A stretch of DNA of 64,000 nt from Dehalococcoidia bacterium (GTDB taxonomy: Bacteria; Chloroflexota; Dehalococcoidia; UBA2979), in contig OZ219871.1 in the NCBI GenBank assembly GCA_964291495.2, forward strand, positions 608,001 to 672,000. Direction: 5' to 3'. The notes below the pieces were generated by a model. It worked only from the letters and a program-made list of their open reading frames with translations, did not search any database and was not told the DNA's origin. Positions within the stretch are counted from its first letter, which is position 1, and the number at the start of each line of letters is the position of its first letter. A program made the translations under genes and the position numbers. Positions 1 to 9,075 of this stretch are shown piece by piece.

Positions 1-146
1 CTCCGCGTGGGATCGAGGGCGAGCGGCGCCGGTCCACCCGACACCTCGATCTCGTGCCGCTGCTCGAGGCGGCCGTTGGCGGGGTCCATGATGAAGCGCA
101 GGATCTTGTCGTCGCCCTGGAGTGATACGTAGACGAAGGTGGTCAT
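1..146 (-). CDS. Lactonase-family beta-propeller protein (6-phosphogluconolactonase-like), 5' part; runs off window edge
   Basis: ATG at 146 with GGGGAAGG RBS upstream; MTTFVYVSLQGDDKILRFIMDPANGRLEQRHEIEVSGGPAPLALDP resembles the Pgl/YbhE N-terminus. Confidence 0.65.
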   Translation of the reverse strand, partial: MTTFVYVSLQGDDKILRFIMDPANGRLEQRHEIEVSGGPAPLALDPTR

Positions 147-174
147 TCGTTGCCTTCCCCTCAGAACCTGTTGA

Positions 175-1422
175 CTAGATCGCGCCAGCAGCGCGTAGCG
201 ATTCGATCTCCGCGGCGTCGAGGCCGAGCTCGGCCAGCACCTCGGCGGTGTGCTCGCCGACGAGGGGGGCGCGGCGCGTGATCGCGAGTGGGGAGTCGGA
301 GTACAGCCCCCAGGTGCCGGGGTAGCGGAAGCTCTCGTCGAGCTCGGGGTGCTCGACATCGACCCAGTAGCCGCGGTCCTCCCAGTGCGGGTCGGCGAGG
401 ATCTCATCGACGCTGCGCACGGCGCCCCACGGCAGCCCGCGCTCCTGCGCGCCCCGGCAGGCCTCCTCGGCGGTGATCTGCGGAAAGAAGGCGTGCAGCA
501 CGTCGGCGATGTGCTCCTGGCTCTCCTCGACGACCCGCGCGTCGCGGTAACGCTCGTCGAGCAGGTCGGCGGCGGCGCCGTACTCGTCCATCCACTCGGC
601 GAAGATGCGGACCCGCTCGGGCGAGATCCGCTGGTTGAACATCGCGTTGATGTAGGTCCCGTCCTTGCAGAGGTACTGCGTCCGGGGGCGCGGCATGGAC
701 CAGGCGGAGTGGCGGCCCGTCTGGCGGCGGACGACGCGGCCCGTCGAGAAGTACGTCGGGATCGCCGACTCCGTGGTGAGCGAGCAGGCCTCGTGGATCG
801 AGACGTCGAGGTGCTGGCCCTCGCCGCTCATGTCGCGGTAGACGACCGCGGCGCTGATCGCGACGAGGGCGAAGTGGGAGCCGATGTGCCAGGCGTTGCC
901 GCCGCCCGGCGCGATCGGCGGCGCGTCCGGGTTGTCCTCCTCGTCGTAGCCGCACTGCGCCATCTGGCCGCCGGCCGCGAGCTGCACGAGGTCGGCCGTC
1001 CGGAAGTCGCGCCAGGGTCCGTCCTGGCCGAACGGCGTGAGCGAGCAGTAGATCAGCCGCGGGTCGGCGTTGCGCAACTCGTCCGGGCCGAGGCCGAGCG
1101 CAACCAGCCGGCCGGGTGGCTGCGTCTCGAGGAAGACGTCGGCCCCGGCGACGAGTCGACGCAGCAGCGCGGCGCCCTCGGCGCTCTCGATGTCGAGCGT
1201 GATCGCGCGCTTGCCGCTGTTGTAGTGCCAGAACGAGAGGCTGCGGTCGGGGTGCGGCTCGTCGCGGTAGTAGGGACCGACCCGGCGCTCGGGCGCGCCT
1301 GTCGGCGGCTCGACCTTGACCACGTCGGCGCCGAGGTCGGCAAGTAGCCGTCCGCACCACTGGCCCTGCTCGCCGGCCAGCTCGACCACGCGGAGATCGG
1401 CCAGCGGGCCGCCGGGCGTCAC
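175..1422 (-). CDS. Family III (CaiB/BaiF) CoA-transferase, BbsE-like subunit
   Basis: GPLADLRVVELA, LADLGADVVKVEPP, NSGKRAITLD, APLVGEHT; GTG start overlaps the TGA of the upstream gene (GTGA). Confidence 0.9.
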   Translation of the reverse strand: MTPGGPLADLRVVELAGEQGQWCGRLLADLGADVVKVEPPTGAPERRVGPYYRDEPHPDRSLSFWHYNSGKRAITLDIESAEGAALLRRLVAGADVFLETQPPGRLVALGLGPDELRNADPRLIYCSLTPFGQDGPWRDFRTADLVQLAAGGQMAQCGYDEEDNPDAPPIAPGGGNAWHIGSHFALVAISAAVVYRDMSGEGQHLDVSIHEACSLTTESAIPTYFSTGRVVRRQTGRHSAWSMPRPRTQYLCKDGTYINAMFNQRISPERVRIFAEWMDEYGAAADLLDERYRDARVVEESQEHIADVLHAFFPQITAEEACRGAQERGLPWGAVRSVDEILADPHWEDRGYWVDVEHPELDESFRYPGTWGLYSDSPLAITRRAPLVGEHTAEVLAELGLDAAEIESLRAAGAI

Positions 1423-2795
1423 GAGGCGGCTCCGGATCCGGCCGCCGCCTCGGCCTCGAGGTAGGGCTCGATGGGCAGGTTCTCCGGCCAGATCGAATCG
1501 TCGCGGTAGCCCTCGCCAAGCTCCTGCTCGCTGAGGCCGAGCAGGTCGCACAGCACCTCGCGGTTGTGCTCGCCGATGAGCGGCGCGGCGCGCCGCGAGC
1601 TGGTCTCGATCGCCGAGCCACGGAACGGGAGGTTCTGGTAGCCCATCGGGCCGAGGCCGGCGTGCGGGAGCTCGGTGAACATCTCGCGATGGCGGAGCTG
1701 CGGATCGCGCGTAACGCGGTCCTCGTTGCTCTGGACGGGCATGGCGGGCACGCCGGCCGCCTGGCAGCGCTCGGCCAGCTCGTACTTCTCGAGGGTCTGC
1801 GTCCACGCCTCAATCTGCCGGTCCAACTCCTCCTGGTGCTCGATGCGGCCGTCGTTGGTGGCGAAGCGCGGAGCGCGCGCCCACTCGGGGTCGCCCATCA
1901 CGCCGACGAGGGCGCGCCACTGCTCGTCATCGCGGCAGACGATCGCGCACCAGTCGTTGTAGCCGCCGGGGGCGGTGCGGTAGGCGTTGTGGGGGGCGAC
2001 CATCGGGCCGCGGTAGTTGTCGAGCAGCGGCGTGCCCGGCCAGTGGGTGCGGTTGCCCGGCGGGAAGCCCTCGCGGCGCATCGCCCGGCCGTTGACGGTC
2101 GCGTCGAGGATCGCCGCGCCGGAGAGCGCGATCCCGCTGCCGACCTGCGAGAGGTCGACGTGCTGGCCGCGGCCGGTCACGTGGCGGTGGTGCAGCGCGG
2201 TCATCACGGCGATCGCGCCGTAGATGCCGCCCGTGTCATCGAGGTAGGACCAGCCCCAGCCGGCGGGCGGCTCGCCCGGCAGCCCGGAGAGGAACGTCAT
2301 GCCAGAGAGCGCCTGCGCGCTGGGCCCGTAGGTGCGGAAGGGGTGATCGCGGCCGGTGTGTCCGAGGGCGGAGAGCGAGACGTAGATGATGTCCTGCTTG
2401 ATCTCGCGCAGCTGCTCGTAGCCGAGTTCCCAGCGCTGCATCACCCGCGAGGTGAAGTTCTCGATCACCACGTCCGAGACGGCGATCAGGCGCTTCAGCA
2501 GCTCGCGGCCGCGCGGGTTGCGGAGATTGAGGGTGACGCTGCGCTTGTTGACGTTCTTCTCGCTGAACCAGTGGCTGTTGTTGAGGTTCGGCTCGATGTG
2601 CTCGGGCCGGCCGGTGTTCGTGTAGCGGTCGTTGTGGTGGACGGAGCCGGGCGCGGGCCACTCGACCTTGATCACCTCCGCGCCAAGTGTGCCGAGGATG
2701 CGCGTGCCCCAGGGCCCGGCGCGCACCCAGCTGAGGTCGACGACGCGTACGCCCTCGAGGGCGCGCGCTCCGCTGCGGGGCGATTCGCTGCTCAT
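1419..2795 (-). CDS. Family III (CaiB/BaiF) CoA-transferase, BbsF-like subunit
   Basis: ALEGVRVVDLSWVRAGP, LGAEVIKVE, NVNKRSVTLNL, catalytic-position Asp in SYLDDTGG. Confidence 0.92.
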   Translation of the reverse strand: MSSESPRSGARALEGVRVVDLSWVRAGPWGTRILGTLGAEVIKVEWPAPGSVHHNDRYTNTGRPEHIEPNLNNSHWFSEKNVNKRSVTLNLRNPRGRELLKRLIAVSDVVIENFTSRVMQRWELGYEQLREIKQDIIYVSLSALGHTGRDHPFRTYGPSAQALSGMTFLSGLPGEPPAGWGWSYLDDTGGIYGAIAVMTALHHRHVTGRGQHVDLSQVGSGIALSGAAILDATVNGRAMRREGFPPGNRTHWPGTPLLDNYRGPMVAPHNAYRTAPGGYNDWCAIVCRDDEQWRALVGVMGDPEWARAPRFATNDGRIEHQEELDRQIEAWTQTLEKYELAERCQAAGVPAMPVQSNEDRVTRDPQLRHREMFTELPHAGLGPMGYQNLPFRGSAIETSSRRAAPLIGEHNREVLCDLLGLSEQELGEGYRDDSIWPENLPIEPYLEAEAAAGSGAAS

Positions 2796-2802
2796 CGCTG
2801 CC

Positions 2803-3273
2803 TCAGTTCTCGAAGCGCCAGCCGTCCGCCGCCTCGCCGCTGACGCGCCAACGCGGCACGACGAAGGCGTCGTCCGGCGCGTGATCGTAGACCACCTCGA
2901 CGGGGGCGCCGATCGCCGCGGCGTCCTCGTCGTCGACGAGCACGCCGCCGATGCGCACCGGCTCGCCGTTCGCGTTCGCGCAGTCGGGCAGCTCGACGAG
3001 CGCGACGACGTAGGGGACGGCCTCGCGGAAGGCCGCGAGCACCGGGTGGCAGACGACGACGTAGCCCGCGATCACGCCCCGGCCCTCGGCCTCGTGCCAG
3101 CCCAGGCTCATCGAGCGGCACGAGGGGCAGACCGGGCCGGGCGGGAACCAGCGGTGCGCGCAGTCCTCGCAGCTGCGGACGAGCAGGCGGTGCGCGGCCG
3201 TGCCCTCCCACCAGCCGACGCTATCGAGGTCGGGCTGGTGGTTGATGAGCGAGTAGTCGATCGGACCCGGCAT
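2803..3273 (-). CDS. DUF35 Zn-ribbon/OB-fold protein (thiolase partner)
   Basis: CEDC...CPSC Zn ribbon, PYVVALVEL, IGAPVEVVY; directly downstream of a thiolase-fold gene. Confidence 0.9.
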   Translation of the reverse strand: MPGPIDYSLINHQPDLDSVGWWEGTAAHRLLVRSCEDCAHRWFPPGPVCPSCRSMSLGWHEAEGRGVIAGYVVVCHPVLAAFREAVPYVVALVELPDCANANGEPVRIGGVLVDDEDAAAIGAPVEVVYDHAPDDAFVVPRWRVSGEAADGWRFEN

Positions 3274-3291
3274 CGTGCCTCCCCGGCGCTG

Positions 3292-4578
3292 CTAGCGGCG
3301 CAACGCGACGGACCAGCCCTGGGCGGTGCCGCCGCCGCCGACGCTGAACGCGATCGTCGGGGGGCTCGGGTTGTCCCGGTTGTCGCGCCGCCGGTCCTCA
3401 CGGCTGCGGACCTGGCGGCAGCCACCCGCGCGGTCGTAGCTGTGCTCGCCGTCCGCCCAGCCGGGGCAGTAGTCGTCGGCCTGGCCGCGCAGCTGGCGCG
3501 TCGTCTCGATCAGGTAGCCGGCGCCGTGCGCGTAGCCCTCGGAGAGCTGGCCGCCGTTGGTGTTCTGCGGCAACTCGCCGTCGAGGCCGATGCGCCCGTC
3601 GCCGATGAAGGCCCCGCCTTCGCCCTCGCCGCAGAAGCCGAACGCCTCGAGGTACTTCATCGGCGTGGTGGTGAAGTTGTCGTACATCGTCACGATGTCG
3701 ACATCGCCGCGGTCGATGCCGGCGTTCGCGAAAGCGCGCTCGCCGATGTGCTTGCTCCAGCCGGCGTTGACGTCCTCCAGCGCCCACACCCAGTCGGGGC
3801 GGTAGGACGAGGCGCGGGCGTTCCCGCCAAGGATGTAGACCGGCGGCTGCGCGAGATCTCGCGCCCGCTCCGCGGAGGTGAGGATCAGGCAGGCGGCGAC
3901 GTCGTTCTCCTGGCAGCAGTCGAGCAGCCGGAAGGGCTTGGTGATCCAGCGCGAGTTCTGGTGGTCGTCGATGGTAATGACCTCGCGGCGCGTGGCTTTC
4001 GGGTTGTTGGTCGCGGCCTGCCGCTGGGTGACGGCGAGCTCGGCCATGGTGAGCGTGCTGTAGCCGTAGCGGTGGAGGTAGGCCATCGCCTCCATCGCGA
4101 AGCGGGTGGGCGCGCCGCGGATCCCCCACGGGATCTGGTACTGGTTGATGCCGCTCGCGAGCTGCGGCCGTGCGGCTCCGGGTCCCGATCCTCGGGCGGT
4201 TGGGGCGCCGCCGCCCATGCGCACGCCGGAGCGCCCGTTCATCGAGCGGAAGATCGCGATCACCTCGCAGTGGCCGCCCTCGAGCAGGCCGACGGACTGG
4301 TGCACCAGCTGGCCGATGCTGTTGCCGCCGCCGAGGATGTCGACGCCGACGTTGGTGCGGATCCCGAGCGCGGTCGCGACCTGGTCGTTCGTGCAGGAGT
4401 CGCCGGCGGCGGTCTGGTGGCTGGTGATACCGTCGATCTCGTCGACGGCGAGGCCCGCGTCACGGGCGGCCTTGAGGATCGCCTCGCAAGCCATCGAGAG
4501 CGTGGTCCGGCCCGACCAGCGCGAGTACTCGGTCTCCCCGACGCCGACGATGCAGTAGCGGCCGCTGACCCGGCTCAT
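3292..4578 (-). CDS. Thiolase-fold protein (Ltp2/SCP2-like, lacks nucleophilic Cys)
   Basis: CIVGVGET, PFRLLDCCQEND, YDNFT, LPQNTNGGQLSEGY; ATG at 4578. Confidence 0.88.
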   Translation of the reverse strand: MSRVSGRYCIVGVGETEYSRWSGRTTLSMACEAILKAARDAGLAVDEIDGITSHQTAAGDSCTNDQVATALGIRTNVGVDILGGGNSIGQLVHQSVGLLEGGHCEVIAIFRSMNGRSGVRMGGGAPTARGSGPGAARPQLASGINQYQIPWGIRGAPTRFAMEAMAYLHRYGYSTLTMAELAVTQRQAATNNPKATRREVITIDDHQNSRWITKPFRLLDCCQENDVAACLILTSAERARDLAQPPVYILGGNARASSYRPDWVWALEDVNAGWSKHIGERAFANAGIDRGDVDIVTMYDNFTTTPMKYLEAFGFCGEGEGGAFIGDGRIGLDGELPQNTNGGQLSEGYAHGAGYLIETTRQLRGQADDYCPGWADGEHSYDRAGGCRQVRSREDRRRDNRDNPSPPTIAFSVGGGGTAQGWSVALRR

Positions 4579-4695
4579 CGCGCGCTCCCGCCCTCGAGGA
4601 GCACTATAGCGGCGTTGCGGGCTCGTGCCCGTGGTCGCGCTGCCTCTATCATCGCCCCGGCGGGCGCGAGGCCCGGCCTCAGCGGGGAGCAGCCG

Positions 4696-5460
4696 ATGTC
4701 GCTCATCGAGTACGAACAGCAGGACCACGTGGTGACGATCGCGCTCAACCGGCCCGAGCGCCTCAACGCGATGGGCGGCACGCTTCGCGACGACCTCTGC
4801 GAGGCGTGGGTGCGCTTCAACGAAGATCCCGAGGCGCGCGTCGCCATCTTCACTGGGCGCGGCCGCGCGTTCTGCGCCGGACGCGACCTCAAGGAGTCGC
4901 TCGAGGAGGGACACGGTGGGCGCAGGGGCTACACCGAGATCCTCAGCCAGGATCTCGTGCCGCAGACAGCGAAGCCAACGATCGCGGCGGTACACGGCTA
5001 CGCGATCGCTGCCGGGTTCGTGATGGCGCTGGGCTGCGACATGATCGTCGCCGCCGAGGGCACGAAGTTCCAGATGCAGCAGATCCGTCACGGCGGCACG
5101 ATCGGGCACTACAGCCTCGCGATCCTCGAGCAGCTGCCGTGGCAGTCGGCGATGGAGATGCTGCTCGGCGGCGTCGAGCTGGATGCGCAGCGCGCGCACG
5201 AGCTGGGGTTCGTGAATCACGTCGTCCCGCCCGACCAGCTGCTGGAGAAGGCGGGGGAGATGGCGGCGAATCTCGCGGCCCTGCCGCCCGTGCACCTCCA
5301 GCGGACCAAGCAACTGCTGACCGAGGTCCGCCCGCGGCCGACGCAGCAGGTTCGCGATCTGGAGCGTGAGACGCGCGAGTTCGTCGCGGGCCTCGAGGAC
5401 ACGACGGAGTCGATGAAGGCCTGGGTCGAACGCCGGCCGCCGGTCTACCGCGGACGCTGA
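4696..5460 (+). CDS. Enoyl-CoA hydratase/isomerase (crotonase) family protein
   Basis: LNRPERLNA, GRAFCAGRDL, KPTIAAVHGYA; GGGGAG RBS before ATG 4696. Confidence 0.9.
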   Translation: MSLIEYEQQDHVVTIALNRPERLNAMGGTLRDDLCEAWVRFNEDPEARVAIFTGRGRAFCAGRDLKESLEEGHGGRRGYTEILSQDLVPQTAKPTIAAVHGYAIAAGFVMALGCDMIVAAEGTKFQMQQIRHGGTIGHYSLAILEQLPWQSAMEMLLGGVELDAQRAHELGFVNHVVPPDQLLEKAGEMAANLAALPPVHLQRTKQLLTEVRPRPTQQVRDLERETREFVAGLEDTTESMKAWVERRPPVYRGR

Positions 5461-5481
5461 TCAGGAGAGGAGCGCACCTTC

Positions 5482-6669
5482 GTGAAGCTCGACATCTTTA
5501 CGGAGATCCAGAAGGCCCGCGCGAGCTGGGGCGACGACCACGAGCAGGACGTCATCGAGGAGTCCCTCGAGCAGGCTCGCCTCGCCGACGAGCTCGGCTA
5601 CGAGTGCTGGTGGCAAGTCGAGCATCACGGGGCGACGGAGTTCAGCTACAGCTCCGCGCCCGAGCTGCTGCTGACGGCCATCTCGCAGCAGACGAGCCGG
5701 CTGCGGCTGGGCCACTCGGGCGTGCTGGCCCCGTTCAAGGTGAACCACCCGATCCGCGTCGCCGAGCGCTCGGCGACGCTCGATCGGCTGAGTCACGGTC
5801 GCGCCGAGGTCGGATTCGCGCGCTCGGGCGGCCTCGAGTGGGAGACGTTCGGCGTCGACCCCGAGAGCTCGCTGGAGCAGGTCCGGCAGTGCATGCAGAT
5901 GGTGAAGGGGATGTGGACGGAGAGCCCCTTCTCCTTCCAGAGCGAGCTGTTCGAGATCCCGGAGCGCAACATCATCCCGAAGCCGTTGCAGCAGCCCCAC
6001 CCGCCGATGTGGCAGACCACCTCGAGCCCGGGCTCGTTCCGGATGGCGGGCGAGCTGGGCGTCGGCGTCCTCGCCACGACGCTGATGCAGCCGCTCGACG
6101 TGATGGCGAGCCTGCTCGGTGAGTACCGCGACGGCCTCAAGGACTGCGAGCCGGTCGGTGACTTCGTGAACGACCAGACCGCGGTGTTCACCTTCGTGCA
6201 CTGCGCCGAGACCACGCGCGAGGCGATCGAGAGCGGGGCCGCCGCCGCCGCGATGTGGTACGTGAACTCCGCCCCCGCCGTCTTCAAGGTGGACCCCGAG
6301 ATCTTCTACGACTCGATCCGCGGCGAGGTCCTCGAGGGCGCCGCCTCGCGCATCACGGTCAGCGAGGGCGAGACTGCGGCTCCGGCGAGCGACGAGGACC
6401 TCGATGATCCCAACCCGGTCGTGAGGCTGCTCCGCCACGCCGCGGCCGGGCGGGAGGTCTCGCCCGAGGAGGCCTACGAGACGCTCGACCCGCTGGACTC
6501 GGTGATCATCGGCGACGTCGAGACGTGCCGGCGGAAGATGCAGCGCTACAAGGACATCGGCGTGGACCGCCTGATGTGTTTCATGCAGATCGGCGATCTC
6601 CCGCACGACTCGATCATGCGGAGCCTGCGAATCACCGCCGAGGAGCTGATGCCCGCACTGGCGGACTAA
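5482..6669 (+). CDS. LLM-class flavin-dependent oxidoreductase
   Basis: ADELGYECWWQVEHH, HPIRVAERSATLDRLSHGR, PKPLQQPHPPMW; AGGAG RBS. Confidence 0.92.
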   Translation: MKLDIFTEIQKARASWGDDHEQDVIEESLEQARLADELGYECWWQVEHHGATEFSYSSAPELLLTAISQQTSRLRLGHSGVLAPFKVNHPIRVAERSATLDRLSHGRAEVGFARSGGLEWETFGVDPESSLEQVRQCMQMVKGMWTESPFSFQSELFEIPERNIIPKPLQQPHPPMWQTTSSPGSFRMAGELGVGVLATTLMQPLDVMASLLGEYRDGLKDCEPVGDFVNDQTAVFTFVHCAETTREAIESGAAAAAMWYVNSAPAVFKVDPEIFYDSIRGEVLEGAASRITVSEGETAAPASDEDLDDPNPVVRLLRHAAAGREVSPEEAYETLDPLDSVIIGDVETCRRKMQRYKDIGVDRLMCFMQIGDLPHDSIMRSLRITAEELMPALAD

Positions 6670-6678
6670 CCCGACCCG

Positions 6679-7761
6679 GTGACTCAGGCACGGCGCCGCA
6701 TCGACACCCGGCCCTTCCACGATCGCCTCGCCGAGATCGCGCTCGACGGCGACTACGACGAGGTCAACACGCGCCTCTACGCGGCCGGCTTCGGCGACGG
6801 CCTTCCCCTGGTCCCGCCGACGGAGGAGCGCATCGAAGCGATGCTGGCGGGCGGCGGCGTCCCGGCCTACTCGCAGCTCCCGATGCTGGCGCCCGGGCGC
6901 GTCGCGCCCACCGTCCGGGATGTCGCAGCGAACGCGGTGCTGGCGGGCTGCGCGCCCGAGCACCTCACAGTGGTCGCCGCCGCCGTCGAGGCGGTCGCTG
7001 ATCCCGATTTCAACCTGACCGGCATCCAGGCAACGACCGGCGCGGCGACCCCGCTTGTGATCGTCGGCGGGCCTGTCGTCGCGGAGGCCGGGCTGAACGC
7101 CGGGGCGAACAGCCTGGGGCAGGGCTCGCGCGCGAACGCGACGATCGGGCGGGCGCTCCGGCTGGTACTGCAGAACGTGGGGCTCGCCGTGCCCGGCATC
7201 TCGGACATGGCGACGCACGGTCAGCCCGGCAAGTACACCTGGTGCGTCGCGGAGAACGAGGCCGACAGCCCGTGGCCGCCGCTGCGAGTCGCGCTCGGCC
7301 TCCCCGCGGCCGCGAGCACGGTCACCGCCGTCGGGGCCGTAGGCAACGTCGAGGTGGTGCTGCCAGCGACGAGCCCGGAGGACGTCGCCGCCGTCCTCGC
7401 CGGCTCGATGACGATCGAGGGGAATGCCGGGGGCGAAGGGACATTCGGCGGCGGGGAGGCGCTCGTGCTGCTTCCCCCGGAGAGCGCCTGGTTCCTCGAT
7501 TCGCACGGTTGGGACCGGCGGCGGCTCCAGCGCGAGCTGTTCGCGCGGGCGAGCGTCAGCTACGAGGCGCTGACCCCGGCCATCGTGGAGCGCACGGTGG
7601 TGCGTCGCCGCGAGCTCGCGCTACCGGACGAGGGCGTCCTGCGGGTGGCCCGGACGTCGGAGGACGTGCTCATCGTCGTCACCGGCGGCGTGGGGACGAA
7701 GGCGACGTTCGTCCCGACCTGGCCCGGCGGGACGCGCGCGATCACCGTCACGCTGCCGTGA
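6679..7761 (+). CDS. Conserved hypothetical protein (DGLPLVPPT family, often associated with UGSC/thioredoxin-like proteins)
   Basis: GDGLPLVPPTEERIEAML, AANAVLAGC, NATIGRALRL, ATHGQPGKY, AENEADSPW; follows the LLM gene by 9 bp. Confidence 0.75.
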   Translation: MTQARRRIDTRPFHDRLAEIALDGDYDEVNTRLYAAGFGDGLPLVPPTEERIEAMLAGGGVPAYSQLPMLAPGRVAPTVRDVAANAVLAGCAPEHLTVVAAAVEAVADPDFNLTGIQATTGAATPLVIVGGPVVAEAGLNAGANSLGQGSRANATIGRALRLVLQNVGLAVPGISDMATHGQPGKYTWCVAENEADSPWPPLRVALGLPAAASTVTAVGAVGNVEVVLPATSPEDVAAVLAGSMTIEGNAGGEGTFGGGEALVLLPPESAWFLDSHGWDRRRLQRELFARASVSYEALTPAIVERTVVRRRELALPDEGVLRVARTSEDVLIVVTGGVGTKATFVPTWPGGTRAITVTLP

Positions 7762-7929
7762 GCCTGACCGGCACGCCGACGACGGGGGCCGGAGGTCCCG
7801 CGGTGGTCGCTCGTGTCCGCAATGCGAGACGCCACGGTCCGTTCACCGCATAGGCCTGGGACCGAAGCCGCGCCCGCCGGGGCGCTAGAATCGAGCCGAA
7901 CGCCACGAATCGTAGCCGGAGGGGTCACG

Positions 7930-9030
7930 ATGGAGATCAAGGCAGCGGTGCTCTACGAGGCGAACACCCCGCTGGTCGTCGAGCCCGTGCAGCTCGACGA
8001 CCCCAAGGACGGCGAGGTGCTGGTGCGCATCGGCGCGGCAGGCGTCTGCCACTCCGACTACCACGTGATGAAGGGTGAGTGGACGCCGCCGCTGCCGATG
8101 GTGCTCGGCCACGAGGCCGCCGGCACCGTCGAGCGGGTGGGCGCGGGAGTCGGACGGGTGCAGGCGGGCGACCGCGTGATCCTCAACTTCCGCCCCAACT
8201 GCGGCTGGTGCGCGCACTGCAGCCGCGGCGAGCCCGTGCTCTGCAACGGAGCGGACAGCGAGCGCTGGCTGCTGTTCGACGGCACCGCCCGGCTGCACAC
8301 CACGGCCGGTCGGGACCTCAACCACTTCGCGCGAGTCGCCTCGTTCGCCGAGTACGCCGTCGTCCCGGAGTCCGGCGCTGTGCCCGTCCGCGACGACGTG
8401 CCGCTCGACAAGGCGGCGCTGATCGGCTGCTCGGTGATGACCGGGGTCGGCGCGGTGATCAACACCGCGCGCGTCGAGGCCGGCAGCTCCGTGCTGGTGA
8501 TCGGCTGCGGCGGCGTCGGACTGAACTGCATCCAGGGCGCCGTGCTGGCCGGGGCGGAGCGGATCATCGCCGTCGACCTGAAGGCCAACAAGCTCGAGTA
8601 CGCCAGGCAGTTCGGCGCGACCGACCTCCTCGACGCGAGCGAGGGCGACACGGCGGCCCGGGTGCTGGAGCTGACCGGTGGCGGCGTGGACTACGCGTTC
8701 GAGGCGATCGGCTTCTCGAAGACGATCGTCGACTGCTACGAGTCGACGCGGCTCGGTGGCACGACGGTAGTCGTGGGGATGGCGCCGGAGGACGACATGA
8801 TGACCCTCCCCGCGCTCTCGCTCCCGCGCACGGAGAAGGTGCTGCGCGGCTCGTGGTACGGCTCCGCCCGCCCCTGGCTCGACCTCCCGAAGATGGTCGA
8901 GCTCTACATGGGCGGCCGCCTGCAGGTCGATCCGCTGGTCAGCCGCACCTACCCGCTCGACGAGATCAACGAGGCCTACGAGGCCCTCGATCGCGGCGAC
9001 GTCGCGCGCAGCGTGCTGCTGATGGACTGA
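7930..9030 (+). CDS. Zn-dependent alcohol dehydrogenase (MDR family)
   Basis: GVCHSD, GHEAAG, structural Zn CGWCAHC...C, GCGGVG; GGAGGGG RBS. Confidence 0.93.
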   Translation: MEIKAAVLYEANTPLVVEPVQLDDPKDGEVLVRIGAAGVCHSDYHVMKGEWTPPLPMVLGHEAAGTVERVGAGVGRVQAGDRVILNFRPNCGWCAHCSRGEPVLCNGADSERWLLFDGTARLHTTAGRDLNHFARVASFAEYAVVPESGAVPVRDDVPLDKAALIGCSVMTGVGAVINTARVEAGSSVLVIGCGGVGLNCIQGAVLAGAERIIAVDLKANKLEYARQFGATDLLDASEGDTAARVLELTGGGVDYAFEAIGFSKTIVDCYESTRLGGTTVVVGMAPEDDMMTLPALSLPRTEKVLRGSWYGSARPWLDLPKMVELYMGGRLQVDPLVSRTYPLDEINEAYEALDRGDVARSVLLMD

Positions 9031-9037
9031 GCCGCGC

Positions 9038-9063
9038 GGGGCCGATTCGTTCGTTCGGCCCCT
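9038..9063. terminator. Hairpin between convergent genes
   Basis: GGGGCCGA-ttcgttcgt-TCGGCCCC stem between the stops at 9030 (+) and 9076 (-). Confidence 0.45.
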
Positions 9064-9075
9064 GTCGGCCCGCGC

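Noticed and set aside
2632-5460. 942-aa ORF suggesting a large fusion with a crotonase
   Set aside because: The N-terminal part is antisense to the thiolase and DUF35 genes; the supported start is 4696 with an RBS
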